From: Paramecium tetraurelia
Taxonomy: Eukaryota
Length of the DNA stretch: 64,000 bases
Assembly: GCA_000165425.1 (NCBI GenBank)
Contig: CT868074.1
Location: 62,001-126,000, forward strand
Reading direction: 5' to 3'
The notes under the pieces are model-generated. The model saw only the letters and a program-made list of their open reading frames with translations. It made no database searches and had not been told where the DNA came from. The position numbers were made by a program, and so were the translations under genes. Below are positions 15,484-28,900 of the stretch, piece by piece (the stretch's first letter is position 1; each line of letters starts with the position of its first letter).

Positions 15484-16958
15484 TCATTAATTTTAAATAA
15501 ATATTAATATAAAAGTGATATCATCAACAACTGAATCATCATCTATCGTCCACATTCTATATGCAACTCTCATTAATTCTTCACTAGCTCCTTCAATGTT
15601 ATTTTATTAATAGTATTTCCCAACAATATCAACAACGATTTAATTATCTAAGAATTCCCATACTCCATCCGATGCAATGATGATAAATTTATCATTCAAT
15701 CCCAACTGATATTCAACAATATCTGGAATGCTACTAACTCCAATAGATTAGGCTACTTAATCTCCTATACTTCTACTCATGGCTAAACCTGGATATTGGG
15801 TTCCATTTACCCAAACTCGCAAAGGTCCTATGGGATTGCCTGGAATATTTATAATAATGTACCATTTTAATCATAGAATGTATCAATCTTGCCTCCCGAT
15901 GAGATTACTCGGTATTACTCTTTTTTGATGGTTAATTTATGATCGATTGACAATTAATAAGGTTTAAATTTGGAACCATATCCTGTTAATTTGCCAATGA
16001 CTGTTCTGCTATCACCAACATTAAATGAGTGAATTCTACCATTTTCCAACAATATAATGCCATTCAATGTAGAACCACTGAAGTTAGTATCAAAGGGTTG
16101 TTTGTTAACATTGACAGAAACATTTTAGATACATTTCTGAATTGTTTCTTTTATTTAGTGAGATTACAATTATGATTTATCTTTTTGAATAGTATTTGGT
16201 AAATGAGTTTGTATGAAATTGGATACTAGATGACCATTTTGACCATGACCATCACAAACAAAAAATAAATGCAGATTTTCTATGAAATTGGTTTAACAAT
16301 AAAAAATGTCTTAATTTACTTTGCTTGGGTTATTGGCTATTTAACCTTATCTTGTTTTATGACTAAATTTTAGATTAAAATGGAATGTATCTTGAGGTTC
16401 AAGACCACATAAAGAAGAAGTTGATCTATTTTTATTATAGGTTTCTTCTGTTTTCAAGATGTTTATCTAGCTTTGAACTCTTCTCTCTGGAACTAATGAT
16501 TCAGGGTTAACCTTTTGTGTTTAAGTGAGATATTTACTTACATAATTATGCCATAATTACTTTCTATTTCTCACAGGCACTCTGCTCATCTCCTTGGATT
16601 TATTTAATTTCAAGAACGAGTCTAAAAAGGTATTGTATTTAGTGTGAGTGCGGTTCAATTATTATTATTATTGTCTAGTTTATTGTGAATAATTATTAAC
16701 AATCAATCCTTTAGTTATAAGTTTATTTACTCTTTTGTGTAATTTATGACTAATTCTCACTATAATCTCTCTTGCCCAATCCAAATTTGCCATTTACGAA
16801 CGAGTTTGTCTTGTTTTAGTTATCATCTATTAATAATGAGGATATCTACTTTTGTTATCTCTTGTCTGTTATTAATAATTGCCTTCAGTTTTGAAAACCT
16901 TTGGACTTTTTAAACGTCTTGATGCAGTTTTGGTTTTATCAAAAATCCTTAAATTCAT
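15484..16958 (-). CDS. Protein phosphatase 2C (PPM family)
   Basis: FVCDGHG, NVGDSR, PGLAMSRSIGD, IASDGVWEFL, DDIT motifs. Confidence 0.92.
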
Positions 16959-16976
16959 ATTATTTATAATAAAGAA

Positions 16977-17259
16977 ATGGATGAAAGTGGAATAATTGGA
17001 TAAATGATACTTGAAAGTAGTGGCAGAATCAAAAAGGTTTTTAATTAAATCAATATTTAGAGCAGCGGCACTTTAGATAATCCTAAGTTAATTCCCTTCA
17101 TAACTACTATCGTCTCATCAACAGCTAAGATTTTAGATAAGCAATCACTCAACAGAGTAACACGTACATTAAAATAATATCATAGTAAGTTATTAAGAAT
17201 CAGATATCATAATATATATAGATTAAAACGACATCGTAGTTTTGGAAAGAAAAAAGTGA
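16977..17259 (+). CDS. Small roadblock-fold protein, LAMTOR4 (Ragulator subunit)-like
   Basis: Spliced product MDESGIIGQMILESSGRIKK-SSGTLDNPKLIPFITTIVSSTAKILDKQSLNRVTLSYQESDIIIYIDQNDIVVLERKK resembles the LAMTOR4 pattern (GxLVL..SSGDLEN..RLSVVF..VVKR), compared from memory. Confidence 0.6.
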
Positions 17260-17752
17260 TGTAAATAAATATATTAAAATATACATAAATTGTGCATACT
17301 TAAATTTTATAATAATTTTTCTTAAGTCAATAAATCTTAATATCTCCTTTTGTCTACATTCTCCTTCCATTCATTAAATATGATCTAATTATGCTTCTGT
17401 TTCTATAAAAGTTGGCTAAATATATTATATTTATCATAAAGAATATTTAAATTCAAACTTGTGTTTATTCTCAACATTATAATGAAGATATTAGAAGAAC
17501 ATTAGAGAGTGTTAATGAGTGAATCGTGTTTTTGATAGATTAAATAAAGTAGATCGATTTTGAGGTATAGTTTTATTTAGTTATTGTAAGGACCATATTA
17601 AATTTAAATGTAAGTCTTCAATTATTTTGGTCGTTAGGAAGATCCATGATAATAGAGTTAAATGCCTACATATTGTATGCAGAAATTAATCAACAAAGTT
17701 AATTAAATGTATAAGCTATCCAGAGATAAACTTTAATGTTAATTATTTTTAA

Positions 17753-20700
17753 ATGATGAAATTGATATTAATGTGGATTATGGTGCAATGTGCGATTGGA
17801 ATTACAAAAGTTATATCAACCTCATTCACTGAAACCACAACATTCACAGATCATGAAGGTAGAAAATTCAAATATTTAAGGTTGGACAATATCAAACACA
17901 TATAATTTAGGCCATTCATCATGTGGGGGTGTCCAATTGTTCGGTGGTAACAATGAGTTTGATCAGTCAACTGGAATAGTCAAACTGTTTTCACTTCCAC
18001 CTCACTACAAGTTATATCTATCTTTTGTTGTTTATGTGTATAAATTTATTCAATCGTTTTTAGTATTGATATGACATCTGGCTATACTATAAATGTCTTT
18101 TTGGATCAAATGCCTCACCAAATCATTATACCTCTCGCTTCAAGTGATCTATGTGGAACATCCCAAGTAGATTAAACTTACAATGTTGCTATAAATTAAT
18201 TTCATTCTTATCCAACAACCATCATTTCAATATTTGGTTCATAGGATTAGACATTGGTAAATTAAAGTTTGAGAGTAGGTTTACTGGGGAATACGTGATT
18301 TTGTACTATCAGTAGATACTTGTCCATCAAATTGCGATATTTGTTTTTCAGGATCCTAAGCTTTTGAATGTTAATAATGGAAACTCTTTCACTCAGCTTG
18401 GACTAGCACAGACATGAATGATTTTGATAATGGTGGATGGTACACACAGTCACTTGCAGGCCCTACGGAATGCGCTTCAATCCCGATCAAAGGAGGCTAC
18501 AATAGTATGACAGCAGCAGGATCATTAGATAGATAATTTGTTTTGCCACCTCACTCCAGTTTATATTTCATATATAGATTTGTCATTATAGACGGTTGGA
18601 CTGGACAACATGGTAATTTTAAGATAGAAAATGTGAATTTCTATTCTCTTTACAATTAAGTTGGAAATTAAAGGAATTTTTGTGGAAATGGGTTGCAACC
18701 TGATTAATTTCATATACATGGGATAGAGTATCTTCATGATAAGCCAATCATATCACTCCTCATCACTAGTGACTAGGGGGATTCAACCAAATTTTTTGGA
18801 ATAAGAGATTTTTATATTTATGTTTGTAAGAATATGTATATTATTATTTAGATACACCCTCTTCAAGTTGTGGCGATGGAGTGATTGATGAGAATGAATA
18901 ATGTGATGATGGAAATACCTATGCATTTGATGGTTGTTTTATTTGTGAGTACTCATGTGTAGAGGGATGTTCAACATGCATAAATGGGATGTGCTATGAT
19001 TGTTAAGATGGATGGATGTTTGATATGCTAAATGATTAATGCATATATTAATAGTCTAACAATTAGATTGAGTAGGATCAAATAAGGGACAATCAACTTG
19101 ATATTCATAATTACTAACTCAATTGTATTTAATTTAATCAACAAACTTAATGTATTAAATGTAAATTAGGATATGAATTATTTGAATATTGTTAGCCAGT
19201 CTGTGGAGATGGAATTGTGGCAGGTAATGAAGAGTGTGAAATGCCTTAAAAGAATTGCAATAGTTCTTGCTAATATTAATGTTAAGAAGAGTGCAGTGTC
19301 TGTAGTTTTGGTAAATGCCAATAATGCATATCTGGGTATATGTTGTAGATGTCTGAATGCCTACCGAAATGTGGGGATTATCAAATACAAAAGTAGGAGC
19401 AATGTGATGATGGGAATATGGTCAGATTTGAAGGATGCCATAATTGCTAAAATGAATGTTAGGATTAGTGTTTACTTTGCGGATTAGGACAATGTTTAAT
19501 GTGTAAAGAAGGTTGGATATTGGAGAATGGATATTGTGATTCTAAGTGTGGAGATTAACGAATTGCATAAGGTTTGGAGGAATGTGATGATGGGAATGAC
19601 ATTTAATTTGATGGTTGTTACGAGTGTAAATTAGAATGTCCTGATCAATAATGTGCTGTCTGTTATTTGGGTGTTTGTTATAGTTGTCACTTTCCTCTAA
19701 CTTTGTATAAAGATTAATGTTTGGTTATATGCGGAGATGGACTATTGGCATCAGGATATGAAGAATGCGATGATGGGAATGAGATTCCGTATGATGGGTG
19801 TTATAAATGCAAGTACCAATGTTATAAGGAATGTAAAATCTGTGATCGTGGTGTTTGTATGGATGAATGTGATTATGGATATTACTTAGTGAATCAGATA
19901 TGTGTTCCATATTGTGGAGATGGGATTATTACAATTGATGAACAATGTGACGATGCCAATTCTATTGAATACGATGGTTGCCACTAATGTGATTACTCAT
20001 GTCCTCAAAATTGTAATGTCTGTGAAGAAGGTATATGTTCCAAATGCAATTTTGGATTCTATCTGAACGATCAAAAGTGTATCACCAAATGTGGAGATGG
20101 GTTGATTGGATTCCCAGTTGAAGAATGCGATGATTATAATAAAAACAATTAAGACGGGTGCGATTCTAATTGTCTAATTGAAATTGATTGGACTTGTACA
20201 CAACCTTCAGAAGACTCATTTAGTCAATGCTCTTACATGGTTGCTCCATCAATGAAACTTACATATATTACCTAAGAGTATAATTTTTAATATGTTGAAC
20301 TCAGTTTTACTCAAAAAGTCAGATGTTATGTATAGAATTATACATCATTCATCAATGCCACTATTATTAATTTCAATGCTGATTCTTATAGAATTAATAT
20401 CATTGAAACTATGCCAGCTAATTACACCTTGCAATCAGTAATATATGAATTCAAAATAGAAATATTAGAATAAGTTAAATCTGATATTATTTTGGAAATA
20501 GATCTCAATGAATAATTGTATAATGGAATTGAGATGAATTTGATTAAGTTATCATCAAGCATCAAATTGAATTAGCCTAAATTACTGGATCAGAATTAAC
20601 TCACAGTTTCATCATCATTATAAGAAATGAACAAAGTCATTTTATATATCTCATGTAGCATTGGATTGCTATATTTGATTTTTGGTAAGATTGGTGTATT

Positions 20701-21682
20701 CCTAGACATATTGGATATCTTATAGTAGTAATCATATCTGAAATATATAAATGTGGAGATCCCACAGAACTTGAAAATGTACTATGAATCCAGCAATGTC
20801 ATTTCCTTCCAACCATTCTTGCAATTCCTCAATCTTAACACTTTAAGTTCAAATTACGTGGAATTGCAATACATTGAAGCCAAGTACAAGTTCAAAGAAT
20901 ACGAAGTGAATGCTGACATTACTGCAAATCTTTAACTGTTTTTGATCATCGTGACAACTGTATTCATTTCTAAATTCATTTTTAAACAACTACTCAGATA
21001 ACTATATAAAGCCAATATACCAATGATAGAGCAATTCCAATTTAAATTACATTCCACATTTACATTGATAATTTCAAAACTCTATTTCAATTTTGCTAAG
21101 CAAGGATTACAAGTCATCATTCACTCTAACAGTTTTGATTTGCTCTTCGTCTCTTGTATTCAACTGAGTGTCAATTGTGATTTGTACAGAACACTTCTGT
21201 CAGTGTGGATTATTGTTTTCACAACCCTTGTAATAATACAACCCAAGAAGAATAGACAGCAAAATAGTGTTATCATTATTAAGAAACTAACTTACATTAT
21301 GATTCTGGTGTTTTATCAATCTTGCTAGATAGTTCAATCGATATTGTTGTCATTGATTCAAACCTTTTATATGTCATTTTTAATCAGTCAGTAAAAAAGC
21401 ATGTCTCTTTAATTTTTGAAGTAGTTTATGGCTGAAGGATCGATGCTATTCACTCTTGTAATGAACTTTTGCTATTGGGATGAGTTAATGACTTAACTTA
21501 ATTACCAGAATAAAGTAGATATTTCATGGAGTCAAATTGCATTGTTAACTTCATCGTTGGCTTCTATCATTTTGGTAGAGACTTACAATTCTTTTTTGAA
21601 TATTTATAAGAAAGTTTAATAGAAAAAGAAGGGAAAACCTTGTAACTCAAAGTATCCTTTCGAATAAATGATTGTTTTTTGA
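17753..21682 (+). CDS. Cysteine-rich surface protein with Myxococcus-type (DUF4215) repeats and C-terminal TM segments
   Basis: Signal peptide MMKLILMWIMVQCAIG; about seven CGD-x-ECDDGN-x-DGC type repeats at 18870-20170; hydrophobic C-terminal region. Confidence 0.85.
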
Positions 21683-21744
21683 TTATATATATATATATTT
21701 AATAGTTGAATTTTTAAAACTGCTATCGAAATATTATTTTTATT

Positions 21745-23328
21745 ATGGATCCTATCTTGACCGAGAGTCATAAACTCATTCAATAACAAAAATTCCAATA
21801 GGCATTTGCTTTGCTCCAATAAAACGAATCCAAAATACTTTAACAACCACAACATCAAAATCAATTTCATTTAAATACTGGGATATGTAGCTTTCGACTT
21901 GGAAATTACAAGTAGGCCGTCTCTCATCTTGACTTATGCGACAAGAATGATTCGGAGCAAAATGTAACTGCCATTAAATATCTCTTGACTGCCCTTGTTT
22001 ATGATCAATAGTACGAGAGATGCATGAAGGAGTCAACAATATTTCTAGAATACCAGAATGTCTAAATATTACTCAATGTATACCAGAGTAGAGGTCAATG
22101 TCTCTAAGATCAGGGTCTATATTTGGCAGCCATCCAAGAGTTCAAGAAATCAATTGCCAAAGGAAATAAAAATAACATCGACATCGCCTATTGTTATCTG
22201 CAACTGGATGAATTGCAAGATGCAGAGATATTTGTAAATGCATATTCAGAGAAAGAACAAGGTGATATCCAAGCCCAATTGATTAAAGCTGAACTCCTCT
22301 TAAGAACAGCCAGAGAAAAAGAGGGTGCTTAAGTTCTGTACACTGCTTATTAGTATTACAAATCGAAGTAATTTGGAATTACTGATTACACTCCTAAGGA
22401 ACTAGAATACATGGAATCCAAATTGAATGAAAGAAATGGAAAATACATTGAGTCCTTTTATAAAAAGACTAGAACACACAATTTAGATGATGATTCTAAG
22501 AATACATTTGTATTATTTGTTAAGGAATTAAATAATAAATAATAGTAGGAATTATCAAAACAAATCGAAGAACAAATTAAAAAAGTGCTCTCCAAAACTT
22601 AATTATTGAAGATGCATGCTGAAAAAGCAGTAGAGTCACTTTTAGAAGATTAATAATATAAAGATTATTACGATACCTTTATTCAATGTGTTGAGTCTAC
22701 TTTTGATCGAGCAAGTGGGTTTGTAAACAGATTCTAAATAAAGACAGATGACATTCTCATAACCTTTGGAATAGAATTATTAGCCATGGTTCCCTTGGTT
22801 GGTTAAACAGTGTCATCAGTTGTCAACTCTTTATAGGCTGAAATCAGAACTCTGTAAATTGTTCAGAGATCAACAGCCTTAATCCAAATTGGTAACACTC
22901 AAGACGAATTGACATTTTTAATGAAACAAGTTCTCGTCATTGTCCTGTAAGATTAGGAAAAACAAAAGGAAATCAAGAACCCTGAAGTCTCAAAGAGTTA
23001 TTAAAGTTACTTGAGAGATTTCTTGACTTTGAAATTGCAAATCAAAAAATAACTAATTAATCAATTGGATGATATCTACATTAAGGAGAAAAATAAATAA
23101 GAATTATTAGCAACTAAGGATGCAAGTGAATTACTCGGAGCTTACTTTAGTTCTGGGTATTTGTCTTTGTTTGAAGATAAGGATGAAGAGAAATTTCCAT
23201 AAATGTGTGCCGAATTTGTTTTGGCAGAAGGTGATTAAAAGGTGTAATTAAGAAAGAATGTATCGAAAAAAATAGAAAGATAAAATGATAAATAAATTAT
23301 TGAAAGTAAATGTTGTGTTATTTATTGA
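21745..23328 (+). CDS. TPR-containing protein with a C-terminal CaaX-like motif
   Basis: 1584-nt code-6 ORF; TPR-like helices (GICSFRLGNYKQAVSHL, RGQCLQDQGLYLAAIQEFKKSI); ends SKCCVIY-TGA. Confidence 0.75.
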
Positions 23329-23413
23329 ATATCCTATATCCACCTTTGATTATTTGTCATATTATATTTATATATTATTATTATCAATAATTGAACTTAT
23401 GAATAAAATAACA

Positions 23414-24101
23414 ATGAAAGATGAATATGAATAAACAGCCAATTTTTTCTATCCTCCAGATCAATTAGGAAATAAATAAAAATTTGTACATTCCAGGAGA
23501 ATCTTGAAACCCAAGAATACAGTTTCTAATCCTTCTACTTAATTGTAAAATATCTAATTTAATGATGGATTATAGAACGATTTCAAAGCGTAGTTCTGAT
23601 CATTCAGGTCTACACACTCCTCCTTAGATAAGTGAATTGAGTAAGCGATCAGAGATCTTAAGGGATTGTGAGATGAAAAAGACTAACAATTATCGAATAC
23701 TGAGTTCGAATATCAATCAACGACAGAGCTATCCTCAATAGATTAGTTTTAGAAATGAATTCTTATTTGTAAACGAATAGAAAATAAATTAATTTGCTTA
23801 AAGTCCTGTATCGAAGATTAACAAACTGCCTGAAATCTTCAATCACAGAAGCTCTTGTCAAGGGTTCAAATAGAATTACAGAATCCAGAGCAGTCAGAGC
23901 AAAAGAGATACCATAAGTAACTTTACTCATGAATGCCCCAAACAACAATGCATACAGGAATTCATGTAACAATTGGAATTAAAACAAACAATTTAGAAAT
24001 AAAAGTAAACAAAACAGCCTAGTTAACCTATTTCCTTTTTATAAGCAAAACAATAAATGAAGATGATAAATCGAATATTTTCAGGCAAACGGGATTCGTG
24101 A
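23414..24101 (+). CDS. Hypothetical protein
   Basis: Open code-6 frame after removing a 31-nt intron at 23545-23575; no family recognised. Confidence 0.6.
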
Positions 24102-24115
24102 TTATAGTATATATC

Positions 24116-25896
24116 TCATTCCATTGATGATTTTTGTACCTTATAGGAACTAGCTTTTTTCAATCCCATCTTAGGTGTCTAAGCATTAAGTTTCGATATT
24201 GCATCTTCCAAATGAGATGCCTCCTCGTTCACGCAATCATCATCCTTACTCATCTGATTGATTTATTATTAAAACGAATTTTTCAAGGCCGTCTTCCTTA
24301 AATCCGATTAGTTATTCTTCTTAGCCACTGGTGAATCTAATATAAATAATTCAAATACTAGCATCCGAATTGATTTACTGCTTAATTGACTAACTGAATT
24401 AGCTAAATTTGCTTTACTAAGGTTACGGCTTCTAATCCAACCTAGTGACTGATCCATTATTGGACACATTCGAAAACGATCCCATAGTATCAATTCTCCC
24501 ATTCAAAGCAGGTTGTCTCTACTGTAATTGCATTGATCCAACCTGACTTGGAGGTCTATATAATCAATTGCAACACTTCTTACCCTTATTACTTTCCTAA
24601 TCCATAGACGAAGTCCTTTTCGTATTCTCGAAGACTATCTTGAACATCAATCAAATCTTGTTCCTTGAAGATCTCTTTGAAGTATGGATGTTTTAGACAA
24701 TCTTCAGAGGAAACTCTGCCTTTAGGTTCTGGAAATAGCATCTTCTTCAATAAATCTACTAATTATAGTGGTGCCTATAAGGATGGACATTGAAATTACT
24801 GTTTATATTTATTTTAGATTGTAATTAATCTCGCAATTCTTGTTTGCTCTCAGAATGGCCTTATAATCAGTTCCTTAGAAGGGTTATCTACCGGTTAAGA
24901 GTATGTAGAAGATTACTCCTGCACTAAACACATCGCATTTTTCATCGTAGAAGGGATCTCCTTCCTTGTATATTAATATTTCAGGAGCAACGAATCCAGG
25001 TGTTCCACATCTCTTAAATAGGATATCCTCATTGAGGAAACTGGCTAATCCAAAGTCTGCGATCACCACATCGGTATCATTATCTTTTTCTTTAAGTAGC
25101 AGGTTCTCTGGTTTCAAATCTCGATGGATGCACTTTTTTGAATGCAGATGGCAGAGTGCTTTCATTAAATTATACATTAATTTTTGGAGATTGGGAGCAG
25201 TCAATGGCTATGATTTGACTCTAGATAGTAATTCACCTCCTTTTAAAATATCCAATATAAAATAAATGGAATTTTAGGTTTCATAGACTTCATGCAGTCT
25301 TACTAGATTTTCTTGATTCAGTCTTCTCATCACCTTAATTTCATTTTCCAATGATTCCCTTCCTTTAAATTGTTCTAACATGAATTCTTTGTTAAATGCC
25401 TTGACAGCATAATTGATACCAGTAGATTTTTTAGTCGACAAATACACTTTAGCAAAACTTCCTTTGCCGATCATTTTAGTAACTCCGAATTCGTCATGGA
25501 AGGTGGATTGGAGACATCTGTAATTGAGAAGATTCTTGAAGGCAGTGAAATCGTCAAGTTTGAGGTCAATATACTTCCCATTTCGAGATAACCTAATGAT
25601 GTTACCATGCTCATCATGTTTAATTATGTTCATCATGACAACTGTAATTTAGAGCTAATAAATTGTTTCTTTGTTGAGGTAATATAAATGCTCGTTTCCG
25701 AGCTAGATGGTTATTGGTCTCAACTGTTTTGATTTTTTGGCAATCTTATAACAATCCTACTGGAATACAATGTTGTCGTTCTATAGATTGATACAAGAAT
25801 TACATCGTAAATGTCTTGATTCAGAGTCTGCCAAAGAGGCGGAGTCTTAGCCATCAGTTCTGGATTATCAAAAAACGAAGCGATTTCAGTATTCAT
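24116..25896 (-). CDS. Ser/Thr protein kinase, CAMK-like with an N-terminal extension
   Basis: IGKGSFAKV, YAVK, HRDLKPEN, DFG, CGTPGFVAPE, DVFSAG. Confidence 0.92.
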
Positions 25897-25936
25897 AATG
25901 ATATTTTATTAATTTATATTAATATTTATTATATAT

Positions 25937-28900
25937 ATGGGTGCAGCTTGTGCTAATGCCAAAATGAATTAGACAGTTCCTTTGATAAAAATTACGAATG
26001 GAGAAGATCAGACCGAAAAAAAATAAGAAGGCCAGTAATAATAGCAAAGAAGTACATCTTCTCGAGAACAAAACATTACTAAATTAAGCACACTTTCAAA
26101 ATAAGTTTCAAACATTTCCTCAGACGGAGTGCCAGTTAGAAAGTAAACAACTTCGCGGATGTCCATTTCAGGCGAGGATAGAGAGAAGAAACCGAAGGTT
26201 CAAGGGAAAAACCAAGGCCAAGAGTAATTGCTAAAACAAAGAGAATTTATACTCGAGAAATTCCTGAATGATATTCAATTGTTGGACAAGCAGTTAATGT
26301 CAGACGTCATTCAGATGTTGAGATTCTTCTTGTCTCATTTGGAATAATCCAACATCTATTGGACCAAGTAATAAATTCAATACTATCATTAGAGTCTGGT
26401 TAATCAACAAAAATGATTACAGCATCGTCGTGGGATTCACCAACAACATAGGCGAATCCAGAAAAATAAGAATCTTGTACACCAAGCAAATCGAATTAGT
26501 GGCTAATCTACTGGACAACTATTTGTTTTTCTAACAATTCGCAAGTTATAAAATACACGATTTCAGTTTCAGATTGAACAAAAAACACAATAACTTCTAC
26601 GTCTTTTCTGAATAAGAATATTGCGATGTGTCTTTAGAGAATATTTAATTGTAACCCGAAGATATCCAACCCTTATTGGAGTATCTCCTAAACACTATAT
26701 AATATATGCATCAAAATTTCTATGTTCATTCAGGGTAATACATATTTGTAATTAAGAATTAAGCCATCCAACGTCTACATGATTTATCATAAATAAAAGG
26801 TATTTAAATTAGACTTGAGTTTTTCCGCTTTCAGATTCTCGAGAAGACTCATCAAAAATAAAATCAAAGATTTCAGAGCCAATCTAGTCAATGACTTAGA
26901 AGATATTGCTATCCTTATTATCAATTCCTTCTACAAAGGCTCGGAAATTAGATAACAATTAAAACAAAAGAACATTGATTTTGCCAACATCATTGAGTCC
27001 CTCTATCAGAAATAAAAGAATGTCATCGAATCCTACATCAAAGATATTATCCTATTACTCTACAGGAATAGATAATATCTCTATGATCTCAAAGCAACCG
27101 ATTACGTTCAATTACTGAAATGCCATTCCACCCCTGAATTGAAAGATCTCATCCAAGATACCCCTAGCACCAGTAATAATAATAATAATAATTCTAACAC
27201 TCATACCAAGAACGTACTATTTGAATACTCCAATAATAAAGTGGTCTTTTATCATTTGACATCCACTAGAAACCAAAAGTCATATACTTAATATGAATTG
27301 GTTGATCAAAATGGATAATAGATCAATATTATTAAAGGAAGTGCTTACATATAGGATAATAAATTTTATTTCGCATATGAAAACATGATTGGCATGATAT
27401 CCATTAAGCTCAGTTCGGAATAGCTTGAAGATACCTTAGAGATGTTGCAGATATCACTCAGATAATACTTGGCAACAAAAGAATAGTAAAAGAAAGAGAG
27501 AATCGATTCTGCTTAAAAGAATTACCAACTGCAATTATAAATCAATCAACATAGTCCTACAACTTAGATTGAAGACTAATTCAAATTCAGAGATACTGCT
27601 CAGACTTAAAAATAACCTAATAAGAATTTCCATGATAGAATTTACTTTACTCCCTAAAATTTATAAGAAATATTCAGTATTATTGATGTTGAATAACGAA
27701 ATTACATCACAGCCTAATAATTCTATGATTTCCTACAATAATAAACTGATTCCATCGACAACTCACTGCTTTAACAACTATTGTTTGATAAGATATAAGA
27801 AATCGTACTCTTCTTCTCTGATAAGAATTTGACTTTTCATGAATTCCTCTAAATATTTTCGTTTAGATCAAAATAACAATTGCCCATCTACAAGAAGATC
27901 GTTAAACCTTTGAAATAGGCTTAAAATGTAAAATCGTTTACGATTATTAACAATACTGTTCATTATTATGATGGTCAACATTTATATAATGATGACAACC
28001 AAATCGAAATAGAATACGACCTTAAATATCTTACCTGTAATCAAAACCAATTATTAATTATCGGCATCCAAGATGGTTGTCTATTAATAAATACCTAATA
28101 CAATTCTATACAGACAGATGTGAAAATCATGTCTGAGTTTGGATTTTACAAATTCAATGATCTTTACTTCATTACACAACAAAATGAACTTATCTTGTAT
28201 TCCCTAAAACAAAAAAGAAGTGTAAAACTCAATATCAATGGGATCTCATCATCTTGCAATTTAATTTATCATAAATATTTTATCCTCTATTTAAATGATT
28301 AGAATGTTTACAGAATATTTTTATCCTATGATAAATGGTGTATAACATCTTTCAATGTATTCGAAGTCTTATTTGAACATGGAAGGTTAGATTAAAAAAT
28401 CAAATTGAAGTAAATAAGCACCAAACAAAATTCCAGTGATGAATTGATTGGAGTGTATTCCATCAATAAGGTTCATTATCCTATTACAAATCAAACTCCA
28501 TCATTGTTCAGAATCCTATCGGTTTCAAAAGAACAATAAAACTATATCCTTATCTAAAGAATTGTACATGTCGAATTTGAATCATTTGATGAATGCTATT
28601 AGGTATGTAAATATTTGGATCCCTATTTATTGGATTTCTTTTTGAGCATGGAATAATACGATGGAAAATTGAGATTAAATTATATTATAGAAAATTGTGA
28701 GCTCATTTAAAAAGAAGACTGTAATTTTAATTTAATCAAGAGATGTGTTAAGAAATTAAATGAATTAAGATCCCATGATATCTTTGTTTAGGATATGCAC
28801 CCTAATAATGTATTTATTACTCCAAATTCAGTTATTTTTGCTTCTCTTATATACAAGACCAATATTCCTAGTATTTATTAAGAAAAGTCTGTACCCTTTA

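Noticed and set aside
18870..20170. Myxococcus-type Cys repeats as a sign of recent bacterial transfer
   Set aside because: The gene has ciliate introns and TAA/TAG-Gln codons, and such repeats are common in ciliate surface proteins.
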